From assembly GCA_050950765.1 (NCBI GenBank), contig JBMNIF010000001.1, forward strand, positions 416,001 to 480,000: a stretch of DNA of 64,000 nt. Reading direction: 5' to 3'. Within the stretch, counting starts at the first letter, position 1, and each line of letters opens with the position of its first letter. Below the pieces are notes generated by a model. It saw only the letters and a program-made list of their open reading frames with translations, was not told the DNA's origin and made no database searches. Shown here in pieces: positions 25,023 to 35,716 of this stretch. A program made the translations under genes and the position numbers. The DNA is from Bdellovibrionota bacterium (GTDB taxonomy: Bacteria > Bdellovibrionota_C > UBA2361 > JAAYZI01).

Positions 25023-25706
25023 ATGTCGAGGAAGGTTGATTATAATAAATTGATGGAGGAAGAGCTTGCCGTTGTTGATGATGCTACTTCACGCGCACCC
25101 ATTCACTCAAAACCGAATCTTCTTCTACATGTTTGTTGTGCACCGTGCTCTAGTGCGTGTCTTGAACGTCTTGTAAATCACTTTGAAGTGACGGTTTTCT
25201 TCTATAATCCGAACATTCAGCCGGAAGTAGAGTATCAAAAACGGCTTGAAGAGGTACAAAGATTTATTCAGTTGTACTCTGAAAATTTAAAGACAGAGAT
25301 AAAACTTATTGTTGGAACTTACGATAGAGGAGATTTTTTCACTGCTACAAAAGTTAAAGAAGATTTAGAAATGCAGCTTGCTCCTGAGCGCGGAGAAAGG
25401 TGTAGACGGTGTTATCAATTTAGAATGGAAAAAACCTTTGCTTACGCTAGGGATAACCGTTACGACTATGTAGCAACCACTTTAACACTTAGCCCCTATA
25501 AAGATGCGGAAAAGGTAAATCAGATAGGAGAGAAGATAGCTAAAGATAGTTTTTCAATATACTCTCTTTTCCCTACAAAGTACCTTTTTTCAGATTTTAA
25601 AAAGAAAAATGGCTTTTTACGCTCTAAACAACTCTCAAAAGAATACAATATATACCAACAAAATTACTGTGGTTGTGAGTATGGAGGCATATTAAGCGCC
25701 AAGTAG
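25023..25706 (+). CDS. queH: Epoxyqueuosine reductase QueH (DUF208)
   Basis: LLLHVCCAPCS, FYNPNIQP, ERGERCRRCY, TTLTLSPYK, YQQNYCGC. Confidence 0.92.
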   Translation: MSRKVDYNKLMEEELAVVDDATSRAPIHSKPNLLLHVCCAPCSSACLERLVNHFEVTVFFYNPNIQPEVEYQKRLEEVQRFIQLYSENLKTEIKLIVGTYDRGDFFTATKVKEDLEMQLAPERGERCRRCYQFRMEKTFAYARDNRYDYVATTLTLSPYKDAEKVNQIGEKIAKDSFSIYSLFPTKYLFSDFKKKNGFLRSKQLSKEYNIYQQNYCGCEYGGILSAK

Positions 25707-25769
25707 ATCCCCAGTTCCGCTCTCTTTTTTCTTTACTTCCTAGCCTAGCCATTTTTTAAAAGCTTTTAG

Positions 25770-27632
25770 CTGAAGGGTGATAGTAGAATCTAGCAATAGT
25801 TTGGGTGTCCTTTTTGGAGGGCAGGGGTATTTGCAAATTTTTAACCTCCGTTCAGAGAGCTAGCCGATTCACTCTTCTGTTTGAGCCCGTTCAAGCGTCC
25901 CTGAAGGGTGAAGTGATGGAAAAATGAAGGGTGGCACCAAATTTTTAACCCTCTAACCAACGTAAACTTTTGCTAATGTCTTGATATTATTAGCTAGTGC
26001 GGTTTTTAAAGTTTGGGTGTCCTTTTTGGGGTGATGGAAAAATGAAGGGTGGCACCAGTAAAAGTGGCGTTATTGAAGGGTGCACCAGTTTTTTGACCCT
26101 CGCTGCTTCTTACTGAAGGGCTGCTTCTTACTGGTGGGTGGCACCAATTTCTAACCACCCGTCCAAGCGTCATAGAAGGGTGGCACCAAATTCGTCAAAT
26201 TCTAGGCTTTGACTAACATCTTGATATTATTAGCTACTGCGGTTTTTAGAGTTTGGGTGTCCTTTTCTTTTTGGGTTGAAAGTGGCGTCCCTGAAGGGTG
26301 GCACCAAATTAGTCAAATTCTAGGTTTTGACTAACATCTTGATATTATTAGCTAGTGCGGTTTTTTAAGTTTGGGTGTCCTAGTTGTAGCCGTCTTGGGT
26401 GGCACCAGTAAAAGAGGGTGCCCTAATTGCAAACCGTTGAAGGGTGGCACCAAATTTTTAGCGATAGTTTAGGTGCCCTAATTGAGGTTTGCCTCTGAAG
26501 TGATGGAAAAATGAAGGGTGGCACCAAATTTTTAACCCTCTAACCAACGTAAACTTTTGCTAATGTCTTGATATTATTAGCTAGTGCGGTTTTTAGAGTT
26601 TGGGTGTCCTATTTGCAAAGCCTTTTATAACTAGTGGGTGGCACCAGTAAAAGTGGGTGTCCTAATTGAGGTTTATCCTTCGAAGTGATGGAAAAATGAA
26701 GGGTGGCACCAAATTTTTAACCCCCGTCCAGATCCAGCTGATCCCGTTTTTTAGTTGCAGCCAGTCTTTCAACCGGTGGGCAACCGTCCCTGAAGGGAAC
26801 CGTCCTTGAAGGGTGGCACCAAATTCTAACCCTCAACCGGTGGGCAACCGTCCCAATACCTCGCAGCTCTCGTGATTGGGAGCTCCAAATTCTAACCCTC
26901 AACCGGTGGGCAACCGTCCCTGAAGGGAACCGTCCTTGAAGGGTGGCACCAAATTCTAACCCTATTTGCAAATTTTTAATTTCCGTTCAGACCTAGCCGA
27001 TTCACTCTTATGTTTGAGCCCATCCAAGCGTCCCTGAAGGGTGGCACCAAATTAGTCAAATTCTAGGTTTTGACTAACATCTTGATATTATTAGCTAGTG
27101 CGGTTTTTTAAGTTTGGGTGTCCTAGTTGTAGCCGTCTTGGGTGGCACCAAATTTTTAACCTCCGTCCAAGTGTCCCTGAAGGGTGAAGTGATGGGAAAG
27201 TGAAGGGTGGCACCAAATTAGTCAAATTCTAGGTTTTGACTAACATCTTGATATTATTAGCTAGTGCGGTTTTTTAAGTTTGGGTGTCCTAGTTGTAGCC
27301 GTCTTGGGTGGCACCAGATTTTTAACCCCCGTCCAAGCGTCCCCGAAGGGTGAAGTGATGGGAAAGTGAAGGGTGGCACCAAATTCGTCAAATTCTAGGC
27401 TTTGACTAACATCTTGATATTATTAGCTACTGCGGTTTTTAAAGTTTGGGTGTCCTATTTGCAAAGCCTTTAAGGGTGGCACCAGATTTTTAACCCCAGT
27501 GAAAACTGTCCTGCTGAAGGGTGGCACCAGTAAAGGTGGGTGTCCTTTTTGGGGTGCCAGTAAAGGTGGGTGTCCTTTTTGGGGTGATGGAAAAATGAAG
27601 GGTGGCACCAGTAAAAGTGGGTGTCCTAATTG
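25770..27632 (+). repeat. Mosaic REP-like array 2; both motifs on plus strand
   Basis: About 20 GGGTGGCACC and about 12 GGGTGTCC; recurring module CTAACATCTTGATATTATTAGCTASTGCGGTTTTT..AGTTTGGGTGTCC; one ~110-bp unit is identical at ~26293, ~27036 and ~27202. Confidence 0.9.
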
Positions 27633-27637
27633 GGGTT

Positions 27638-27653
27638 TGGCATGAGCATTGCT
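27638..27653 (+). promoter_or_regulatory. Sigma54 (-24/-12) promoter of flgK
   Basis: TGGCAT-GAGCA-TTGCT matches TGGCAC-N5-TTGCW, ~70 bp upstream of flgK. Confidence 0.75.
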
Positions 27654-27725
27654 TGTATCTTAAGTGAGGGAAAAGGATCGGCAATTTTTGCCGAGTTCTG
27701 TTTTTCCCCCTTGTTTTGAGGAGAT

Positions 27726-29360
27726 ATGAGCGGATACGTATCACGAATTTTAGGAACGGCAGTTAGTGGACTTAATGCACAACAGGCTAAGATCGCTGCG
27801 GCTGCCAATAATATCTCTAACGTTAATACGGAAGGTTATGTCCGACGTGATGTAGAACTCACCGTTAGAGAAGGTTTTAGCATCGCCGGAGGTGTTAATG
27901 TCGGTTGCGGAGTAGATGTCTCTTCTCTAATAAGACAAACAAATGAATATCTTGAAAAGTTATTAAGAGAGGCTAATGGTGATTTCCAATCTTCAAATAT
28001 TCAAGATGAATATCTTGATAGAGTCGAAAGCCTTTTTGCCTTAACAGATAAAAGCACACTCACTATCGGTTCAGCCTTAACAGATTTTTTCTCCGCCGCA
28101 GGAGATCTGGCTGTTAACCCAATGAATACGGAGTTGCGTGCTAACTTTATCGCTAAAACAGAGAACCTCTGTTTTGCTTTGCAAAATACCTACAATACTC
28201 TAGCTTCATTACAAACCGAAGCTGATGAACGAATTGTTACTGAAATAGAGACAGTTAATTCAATAAATGCTCAGATTGCAGATTTAAACGCCAAAATTGT
28301 GGGTATTGAAGCTGCGGGAGGTGTGGCAGCAGATGCTAGAGATCAACGTTCCGCACTCTTAGAAAAACTTTCCGAAAAAATGAGCTTCAATGTTGTTGAA
28401 AGAGGGGATGGCTCAATCAATATCACGTTAAGTAACGGATTCTCTATCGTCGCCGGTGATGACTTCTATAAACTAACAACAGTAACAGATGTTGGTCCTG
28501 GTCAAGAGCCGAGATCGTTGAACGGCGGTTCTTTAAATTACATAGTTTATGATTACAGTAACGGCGCAGGAACAGAAGTTGTTAATCTGACTGATATCAT
28601 ATCAAGAGGCACTGGCTCTTTGGGCGGATTGCTACGGGTTAGAGGTAGTTATGCTATTGAAGATAATAGTGTTGATTCTGCTTTTAACGGCAAAGGTTTA
28701 TTAGTCGATTACGCCTCACGAGTAGAGGCAATTACCCGTAGTTTGTTAATAGATATAAATAATAAGTATAGAGCTCTAAATGGTGTCGGTGTTTCAACGG
28801 CGGGAGATTTAGATGGTAATTCACCTGATGTGTTCGGACTCTTTACCTTTAAAAACGCTTTTGATGACGGTAATGGCGTTGTAACTGAAGGTGATTTAGA
28901 AGATTCAATGACCGCCGCTAACTATACTAATCTATCATCAATCATTAGCATCGCTTTTTCTGATCCATCTCGGGTAGCAGCTGCTCTTGCAGATGATCCT
29001 AACGCAGCTGTTATGACATTTTCGAAAGGAAATGGTGCAAATATGGAATCTTTGGTGAAAGAACAACTAACAGTTAGAAACTTTACACTGGGGAATTTTG
29101 TTTTAAGTAATGCAACTTATGGCGCTTCATATGATGAGCTAGTGAGTAAGGTTGGGAATGCTAAGAGCACTTCGTTGATTAATACTTCAGTAGCAAGAGG
29201 CAATTTAACAGCAGCACAATCACAACGTGATCAACAATCGGCTGTAAGTCTAGATGAAGAGTTTGTAAGTCTTATTAAATATCAACGTGCTTATCAGGCT
29301 TCTGCACGATTATTAACTATTTCTGATGAGCTATTACAGGAGGTCTTAAGGACGATATGA
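27726..29360 (+). CDS. flgK: Flagellar hook-associated protein FlgK
   Basis: SGLNAQQ...NNISNVNTEGYVR N-terminus; VSLDEEFVSLIKYQRAYQASAR C-terminus. Confidence 0.95.
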   Translation: MSGYVSRILGTAVSGLNAQQAKIAAAANNISNVNTEGYVRRDVELTVREGFSIAGGVNVGCGVDVSSLIRQTNEYLEKLLREANGDFQSSNIQDEYLDRVESLFALTDKSTLTIGSALTDFFSAAGDLAVNPMNTELRANFIAKTENLCFALQNTYNTLASLQTEADERIVTEIETVNSINAQIADLNAKIVGIEAAGGVAADARDQRSALLEKLSEKMSFNVVERGDGSINITLSNGFSIVAGDDFYKLTTVTDVGPGQEPRSLNGGSLNYIVYDYSNGAGTEVVNLTDIISRGTGSLGGLLRVRGSYAIEDNSVDSAFNGKGLLVDYASRVEAITRSLLIDINNKYRALNGVGVSTAGDLDGNSPDVFGLFTFKNAFDDGNGVVTEGDLEDSMTAANYTNLSSIISIAFSDPSRVAAALADDPNAAVMTFSKGNGANMESLVKEQLTVRNFTLGNFVLSNATYGASYDELVSKVGNAKSTSLINTSVARGNLTAAQSQRDQQSAVSLDEEFVSLIKYQRAYQASARLLTISDELLQEVLRTI

Positions 29361-30352
29361 CACGTATAACTGAAAGCCAACTCGTTGGTGGAATGATCAA
29401 CTCAATACAAAACAATCGCGCTGATGTAGCAAAATACGGCGGACAGGCTTCCAGCGGTTTAAAAGTTGCGGAAGCTGGTGACTCAACCTTTTCTGGAACT
29501 ATCTCTGAACTGCGCACTATTACAGAACGCTTAGACACCTACACTAATAGAATAAATCAGATTGAAGGATATTTTCATACTCAGGAGAGTCTGCTCAGCA
29601 CTAGTATGGATTTAATGATACGTGCTAAAGAGATCGCCACCCAAGCTGCAAATGAAACCAATAGTGAGACAGAAAGGTTTGCGCTTGCTGAAGAGATGAT
29701 TCAATTAAGAGATGAACTTGTCAGCTTGGCAAATACTAAGTATCAAGGACAATATATATATTCAGGAACCGCTAGTGACGAACCAGCTTATGCGGAGTCG
29801 ACCGTTGATTATACAGAGGGCGGAAAGGGAACCACTAAGCATTATATCTATAAGGGGAATGCGCAAGAACGTTCGGCTCAAATCACCGATACTCTTTCAA
29901 TCACTATGAATAGTAGTGGAGAAGAGGTCTTTGACAATGCTATTAAGGCATTAGAAAAATTGTCCCGAGCCTTACAAGGGTATCAGACAAATATTGATGC
30001 CGTTACAGGAGAAATTACACCCGATGATCCTGCTAATATAGGGTATACGTTTCCTGATGATTATGAAACTCAAACGCAAGATATCTTAGATTGTATAGAT
30101 TTAATTGATAATGCTAGAGAGAGAGATTTAAGCCCTGAACGGGTCAATGTGGCAGGACGCTTAAATCGCATTAGCACCGCAAACTCTTTAATCAAATTAG
30201 ATAAAATTAGCACAGATGAGGCTCTATCAAAGTTGCAAGATGCTGACTTGGTAGAAGTTGCCAGTAAGTACTCGTTAGCAGAACAGGCTTTGTCGGCTTC
30301 GATGACGGTTACAATGAGAATGTTGAAAATCTCTATTTTGGATTATATTTAA
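29357..30352 (+). CDS. flgL: Flagellar hook-associated protein FlgL
   Basis: Follows flgK; ANTKYQGQYIYSG; LSKLQDADLVE...SILDYI. Confidence 0.92.
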   Translation: MTRITESQLVGGMINSIQNNRADVAKYGGQASSGLKVAEAGDSTFSGTISELRTITERLDTYTNRINQIEGYFHTQESLLSTSMDLMIRAKEIATQAANETNSETERFALAEEMIQLRDELVSLANTKYQGQYIYSGTASDEPAYAESTVDYTEGGKGTTKHYIYKGNAQERSAQITDTLSITMNSSGEEVFDNAIKALEKLSRALQGYQTNIDAVTGEITPDDPANIGYTFPDDYETQTQDILDCIDLIDNARERDLSPERVNVAGRLNRISTANSLIKLDKISTDEALSKLQDADLVEVASKYSLAEQALSASMTVTMRMLKISILDYI

Positions 30353-30583
30353 CTCTGATATCCTACAAATATCACCTGTTTTTGTGTTTTAAAAAGCAGG
30401 TACTTTTCTTGAATCTATTATATATCTTGCCAGCATCGTACATTTAAGGCAATTTATGTAGGCAGGGTTCCTCTTTGGTTTTTTTAGATTATGAAAAAAT
30501 CATTAGGAAGGATTCTGTATAAGATAAGTTGTTTTCTTATCGTAAAAGTATAGGTTTTTTGTTGCCAAGGAAGGCTTAGATTA

Positions 30584-30955
30584 ATGTTGATTTTAACTAG
30601 AAAGCCGGGTGAAAGTCTGTATATCGGGGATGATATTAAGATAACTATCGTCGAGATAAAAGGACATCAAATTCGGATAGGAATAGAGGCACCAAAAGAC
30701 TGCCGAATATATCGAGAAGAGATATATTTAGCTATTTTGGAGGAGAACAGGAGCGCAGCAGCCTGCAATCCAATAGAGGTAACTTCACAAAAGGTTGCTA
30801 CGGTGGATGTGCATCCGGTTTCTTTGAGGCCGAGATCTCGTAAGGTTGAAGCGTCAAAGAATAATTCAGAAGATACCAAGGAAGTGTCTACTCCTGTGGT
30901 TAAAGATTCTGATCTTGTTGTAAGACGAAAACGGTCTAGGAAAACTGATGAGTAA
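30584..30955 (+). CDS. csrA: Carbon storage regulator CsrA with long C-terminal tail
   Basis: [18 protein letters not shown]...IGIEAPK...YREEIY. Confidence 0.95.
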   Translation: MLILTRKPGESLYIGDDIKITIVEIKGHQIRIGIEAPKDCRIYREEIYLAILEENRSAAACNPIEVTSQKVATVDVHPVSLRPRSRKVEASKNNSEDTKEVSTPVVKDSDLVVRRKRSRKTDE

Positions 30956-31448
30956 CGAGGCAGTAGTAGATTCAAAAAATATAACGTTCCAAAGCTCTCG
31001 TTTTGGTGAGGTCGTTGTGCCGGAAGATAGTGTCTTGGAGTTCCCAGTTGGAATTATAGGATTTCCAAATCAACATCAATACGTAATGTTAGAACATAAG
31101 CCACCCTTTGCATGGCTTCATGCTGTGGATGAACCAAACTTAGCCTTCGTTGTTATTGATGCTTTAGAGCTGGGCGAGGGGTATAGTGTACAACCTCCGA
31201 TAGGTGATAAGGATATCGACCTGAAGGAAGATGATGAGTATGCTGTTCTGATCATTGTAACTATCAGACCTGATCCAAGTATGACAACGGCTAATTTGAA
31301 AGCTCCGCTCTTTGTTAATCTTCGAAACAGAAAAGGGGTACAGGTGATTTTTGATGATGCCAGATTGTCAACTAGGCACCTCTTGTGGAAAGTTAATGAT
31401 AAGGGTGAGCAGATAGTAGCTGAACCTGATATAAAACAGGATAAATAG
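30948..31448 (+). CDS. fliW: Flagellar assembly factor FliW
   Basis: [22 protein letters not shown]; follows csrA. Confidence 0.93.
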   Translation: MSNEAVVDSKNITFQSSRFGEVVVPEDSVLEFPVGIIGFPNQHQYVMLEHKPPFAWLHAVDEPNLAFVVIDALELGEGYSVQPPIGDKDIDLKEDDEYAVLIIVTIRPDPSMTTANLKAPLFVNLRNRKGVQVIFDDARLSTRHLLWKVNDKGEQIVAEPDIKQDK

Positions 31449-31464
31449 CCGGAAAAATCAGGAC

Positions 31465-32721
31465 GTGGAACAGGATAAAAAACAGATAAAAGATGAGTTC
31501 GATCCTGCTCAAAACGTTTCATTGGAGGTCTTTGCAAAAGATCTAAAAAACCTCTTCCAGATGAATGTTTTGAAAGAGAAGGTGCGTATCACTCCGCAAG
31601 GTCTTTTTGTTGAACTCTCTCTAAAACGTTCCCTTCTTGATAAGTATCAGGAGTGGCTACAGGAAAAAACACAAGGCGTTGCTGGTAAAAGTGAAAGAAA
31701 GTGCTTTAAACGTTTATTTAGTACTGAAAACCCTCCTCAATATTATCTTGTCGAAGGAAAAGTTAGCTTTTTAGGTTGCCTTGTGCCATTCCCTGTGCAG
31801 GCACCTCAAAACTTCGGCATCCCGTATTATTTAGGATCGTTAATTCCTGCTGACAATTATTTACATCCAAAGGATGAACGTTTAGATAATTTACCTAACG
31901 TTGAAGTTGTTCCCACTGCTGAGGGTGTTGAAGCACACCTCCGTGTTAAGAAATGGCGCTATAAAGTCTCACAAGCCTCCTTGCTAAGTTTTCGTGCTGT
32001 TATTGAAAGGTCTACCAGACTTTCTAAAAAATTCCCCTTAGCAACTAAATCTATGTTAGATGTTGTTAAGGCGTTGGGAAGTGTTTTGTATGATGCCAAG
32101 CCTGTCGATAGACGCTCTTCAATATTAGTTCCTCAGGGTCTCCCTAAAAAAAGAATTATTTTGAGATCAGGAGATCTTATTTTTATTATTGATGATCAGG
32201 AGAGACTCGTTTTTTGCTATGAAGTCAAAGGGGCTAATCTATTTTGCTTTTTAAGAGATGAGCTGAATGAGGCAACAAAGCGTAAAATTTTTAATATCGG
32301 CTCACTGGAGATCTCCTCACAAAATCGAAAATATTGTGCTTCCTTGAAGATAAAAGGAAGACGCTACTTTATGTCATTAAATACTGTGCGGGATTTTGCA
32401 GAGTATTGTACCATCTCTCAGGTGCCATATATTAAGGTTGAACCTGCTTATACGATTATTGATTGTTTTAGAGCCCTTTCTGTAATTTGTGAACATTCAG
32501 AAGATATCGAAAAGAAGTTGATTGAACGGCATGTTTCGATGCTTAGAGCCACCATGTCTCGTTTTATGACTTTTGAGAAGTGGATAATTGCGATAACTGC
32601 AGATAATTGTATTGCCCATTGTATAGAAAAAGGTGCTATAACAGCAACAGGTGGCAGGTGGAGATCCTCACAGTTCGGTCGTAATGCAGGGAGAAGGCAT
32701 TCTCATAATAGACATCGATAG
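31465..32721 (+). CDS. Hypothetical protein with a possible internal tandem domain duplication
   Basis: 418-aa ORF co-oriented and tightly spaced between fliW and ppk1. Confidence 0.75.
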   Translation: MEQDKKQIKDEFDPAQNVSLEVFAKDLKNLFQMNVLKEKVRITPQGLFVELSLKRSLLDKYQEWLQEKTQGVAGKSERKCFKRLFSTENPPQYYLVEGKVSFLGCLVPFPVQAPQNFGIPYYLGSLIPADNYLHPKDERLDNLPNVEVVPTAEGVEAHLRVKKWRYKVSQASLLSFRAVIERSTRLSKKFPLATKSMLDVVKALGSVLYDAKPVDRRSSILVPQGLPKKRIILRSGDLIFIIDDQERLVFCYEVKGANLFCFLRDELNEATKRKIFNIGSLEISSQNRKYCASLKIKGRRYFMSLNTVRDFAEYCTISQVPYIKVEPAYTIIDCFRALSVICEHSEDIEKKLIERHVSMLRATMSRFMTFEKWIIAITADNCIAHCIEKGAITATGGRWRSSQFGRNAGRRHSHNRHR

Positions 32722-32759
32722 CTGTTCTATCTGCTTCTGTTTGAAATAAATAAATTCAG

Positions 32760-34850
32760 GTGGAAATGAACTCCTCCATTTTTAAAATCGATTCGTCGAA
32801 AATATCTACAAGGGAGTTGCTTAATCGGGAAACTGCTTGGGTGCAATTTAATGCCAGAGTTTTAGAACAAGCTGCTGACTATCGCCTTCCACTTCTTGAA
32901 AGGGTCAGGTTCCTCAGTATCTTTACTACTAATCTTGATGAGTTCGTCATGAAAAGATTGGGAGGTTTGAAAAGAAAGGAATCAGATTATAAAAATAATA
33001 CTGTTGCCGATGAATGTACAGTATCTGATCAGATTGCGGCTATTAGAGAAACGTTGTTGCCACTTTTAAAAAGACAATCTGAAATTTATCAAGAACAGAT
33101 TTTACCTGAGCTTAGAGAGAATAAGATAGATCTGTTCTCTTATGCCGATCTTTCAAATGAAGAACAACAGTGGGCTGACAACTATTTTTTTGAAACGATC
33201 TATCCCCTCCTAAAACCTTTTATTGTTGATGAAGCACATCAATTTCCTTTTATTACAAACCTTTCCCTCTCTCTCGGTGTAACTCTACTTGCAGAGAACG
33301 GTGAAAAGCAATTTGCAAGAATAAAGTTGAATGGGAAGATACCATACCTGATACAGGTGCCGATAAAGCTAGCTTGCGGCAGATATAGGTTTATCACAAT
33401 CGCTGAGATCGTTCGTCAGCATCTTGATTTTATTTTTGCAGGTAAAAAAATTATTGATGTAATGCTTTTTAGAATAACTCGCAATGCCGGATCGGAGTTG
33501 CAAGCAGAGGAAGAGTCTGAAGACTTACTTGAGTTTATTGAGAGGGAGTTGAAGCGCCGTCGTTTCGCGTACGCCGTTAGGTTGGAATATAATCAAAGTT
33601 CAGATGTGTGGATTCGTGATTTCATAATCAAAGCTTTAGATTTAAAAGATATAGATGTTTATGAAGTAAAAGCAGAACTTGATTATTCTGTTTTGGATCA
33701 GATCGTGAACCTACCCCTTCCAGCTCTGAAGTTCCCTCCATTTTCAGCAAAAATCCCGAAAAATATAACGCTTAGTGATAATATTTTTACAGTTATTCGC
33801 AATAACGATCTTTTAGTGCATCATCCCTATCAAAGTTTTTCTGAAACTGTGGAGCGTTTCGTTAAGGAAGCCGCTGATGATAAAGCGGTGCGATCAATAA
33901 AAATGACGGTTTATAGGGTGGGGGATGAAACTCCCTTGTTGCCATTATTGATTCGGGCAGCAGCGAATGGGAAACATGTTGTGTGCTTAGTTGAATTAAT
34001 GGCGCGCTTTGATGAAGAGAGAAATTTACAATTTGCACAAACATTGGGTGATTATGGAGTTAATATAGTTTATGGCGTTCCTGGTTTAAAGATCCATGCA
34101 AAAACCCTCTTAGTTGAGAGAGATGAGTGGGATTGTTTAAGGTGTTATGCCCATATTGGAACTGGTAATTATAACAATAAAACAGCAACACTTTATACGG
34201 ATTTAGGTTTGTTTACAGCAAATCCTACCTACACTCAGGATGCTATGGATCTCTTTAATTTTTTGACAGGACGCATTAAGAAAACGAACTATCACAAATT
34301 ACTCGTTGCACCGTTTAACATAGAATCTCGTCTTATTGAATTGATTGATACAGAGATAAAAAATGCTAAGGCAGGTTGTGTGGCGCGGATTATCTTAAAG
34401 ATGAATGCGCTTGATGATATTCATATAATTGAAAAGTTATATGAAGCTTCCTGTGCTGGAGTTGAAATAGACTTGATTGTGCGAGGAGTGTGTTGCCTAC
34501 GACCTGCTGTAAAAGGGTTGAGTGAAAACATTAGAGTTAGATCTATCATCGGACGTTTTTTAGAGCATTCTCGAATCTATTACTTTGCACACGGTTCGAC
34601 AAACCCTACGGATGGAGTGATTTTTATCAGCTCTGCTGATTGCATGAATCGTAATTTTCATCGGCGTATAGAGATCGCCGTTCCGATAGAAAGTGCAGAG
34701 GCAAAAAAAATATGTTGGCATATTTTAGAGGTGATGCTCTCAGATGATGTCTTGTCTTGGCAGATGCTTAATGATGGTACTTACCGACGTTGTGCTGATA
34801 TCGGAGTGGGTACTATTAACACCCATGAAATGTTACTTTCAGGAGCGTAA
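32760..34850 (+). CDS. ppk1: Polyphosphate kinase 1
   Basis: NRETAWVQFNARVL, NLDEF, HHPYQSF, ELMARFDEE, LKIHAK, GRFLEHSR. Confidence 0.96.
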   Translation: MEMNSSIFKIDSSKISTRELLNRETAWVQFNARVLEQAADYRLPLLERVRFLSIFTTNLDEFVMKRLGGLKRKESDYKNNTVADECTVSDQIAAIRETLLPLLKRQSEIYQEQILPELRENKIDLFSYADLSNEEQQWADNYFFETIYPLLKPFIVDEAHQFPFITNLSLSLGVTLLAENGEKQFARIKLNGKIPYLIQVPIKLACGRYRFITIAEIVRQHLDFIFAGKKIIDVMLFRITRNAGSELQAEEESEDLLEFIERELKRRRFAYAVRLEYNQSSDVWIRDFIIKALDLKDIDVYEVKAELDYSVLDQIVNLPLPALKFPPFSAKIPKNITLSDNIFTVIRNNDLLVHHPYQSFSETVERFVKEAADDKAVRSIKMTVYRVGDETPLLPLLIRAAANGKHVVCLVELMARFDEERNLQFAQTLGDYGVNIVYGVPGLKIHAKTLLVERDEWDCLRCYAHIGTGNYNNKTATLYTDLGLFTANPTYTQDAMDLFNFLTGRIKKTNYHKLLVAPFNIESRLIELIDTEIKNAKAGCVARIILKMNALDDIHIIEKLYEASCAGVEIDLIVRGVCCLRPAVKGLSENIRVRSIIGRFLEHSRIYYFAHGSTNPTDGVIFISSADCMNRNFHRRIEIAVPIESAEAKKICWHILEVMLSDDVLSWQMLNDGTYRRCADIGVGTINTHEMLLSGA

Positions 34851-35246
34851 TTTCGGAGTCTGTTTCAACGGATTGTAACTTTCCGTTATACGAAGATAAA
34901 AACCGAAGGGGTCAACAATGCGGAAGTCTCTTTTGCCCCACGGCTTTAATTGTAACGTTGAAACTATCTCAATCTTATTTTGGATTGCTTGATAAAGCGT
35001 TTCGATATGTTTCGTAAAGATAACAACTTCAACACCGTAGCCGCGAGGGGTGTCTTTGGGGAATTGCTTAAAGTGGGAGTGTTGAAAAATCTTTTCTGAA
35101 TTGCCGTAAAAAGCGAGAATATTATCTTCAAATTGCAGTACTAAATAGTCAGCTTCGCTCCAGACTTTTTTGAATCCTAAGAGTGAATAAAATTTCAGGG
35201 CTTTATCAAAGTCCGGTATATGCAATTCAATCAAGGTCTTGTTCAT
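34839..35246 (-). CDS. VOC/glyoxalase family protein
   Basis: LHIPDFDKALKFY..LGF; KPWGKRDFRIVDPFG. Confidence 0.88.
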   Translation of the reverse strand: MNKTLIELHIPDFDKALKFYSLLGFKKVWSEADYLVLQFEDNILAFYGNSEKIFQHSHFKQFPKDTPRGYGVEVVIFTKHIETLYQAIQNKIEIVSTLQLKPWGKRDFRIVDPFGFYLRITESYNPLKQTPKLRS

Positions 35247-35620
35247 TAGCGATGAATAGTTGTTTGTGCTGCTGTAAAAGCAACATCTGGAATAATAAAT
35301 TTCTTAACTTTTACAGTAACTGCTTGCGCTTGTTTTGAAAAAAGTTGCAGCGTTTCTCTACCGACTGCAGAAGCTACGTGTTCAATCAATTCCCAAGCTT
35401 TTGCTTTTAGTAAAGTTTGAACGGTATCACAAACGATCTGATAGTTAACGGTATCTTGTAGTTGAATCGTTTCTCCTGTTTGGTTTTCTGGAAGATCTGA
35501 AAGATAAAAAATAAGTGAAATTGATAGGTGTTGAGGGTGTTGTCTCTCTTCCTCCGTACAACCGATGGCGGCTGATACTTTTAGATCTTCAATAATTATC
35601 TGGCGATTACTTTCACGCAT
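35246..35620 (-). CDS. folB: Dihydroneopterin aldolase
   Basis: IGCTEEERQHPQ, DTVNY, LIEHVA, VKVKK. Confidence 0.88.
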   Translation of the reverse strand: MRESNRQIIIEDLKVSAAIGCTEEERQHPQHLSISLIFYLSDLPENQTGETIQLQDTVNYQIVCDTVQTLLKAKAWELIEHVASAVGRETLQLFSKQAQAVTVKVKKFIIPDVAFTAAQTTIHR

Positions 35621-35666
35621 CTTTAGAAGTAGTGCTTTAAAATATCTATTTTTTATGAATGATATG

Positions 35667-35706
35667 GGGAGAGTGGTGCAAAAAATATTTTACACCACCC
35701 TCTTTT
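35667..35706 (-). terminator. Hairpin after ahcY
   Basis: GTGGTGCAAAA/TTTTACACCAC imperfect inverted repeat directly after the ahcY stop. Confidence 0.5.
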
Positions 35707-35716
35707 TAAATGGGTC

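Noticed and set aside
25770..27632. Mosaic arrays as CRISPR arrays
   Set aside because: The constant part is only 8-13 bp, spacing is irregular, intervening sequences are reused rather than unique, and no cas genes are present.
26717..27808. Short ORFs within array 2 (also 61028..61363 in array 3)
   Set aside because: They are translations of repeat motifs (GATLQ, WCHP, GHP) with no RBS or family signal.
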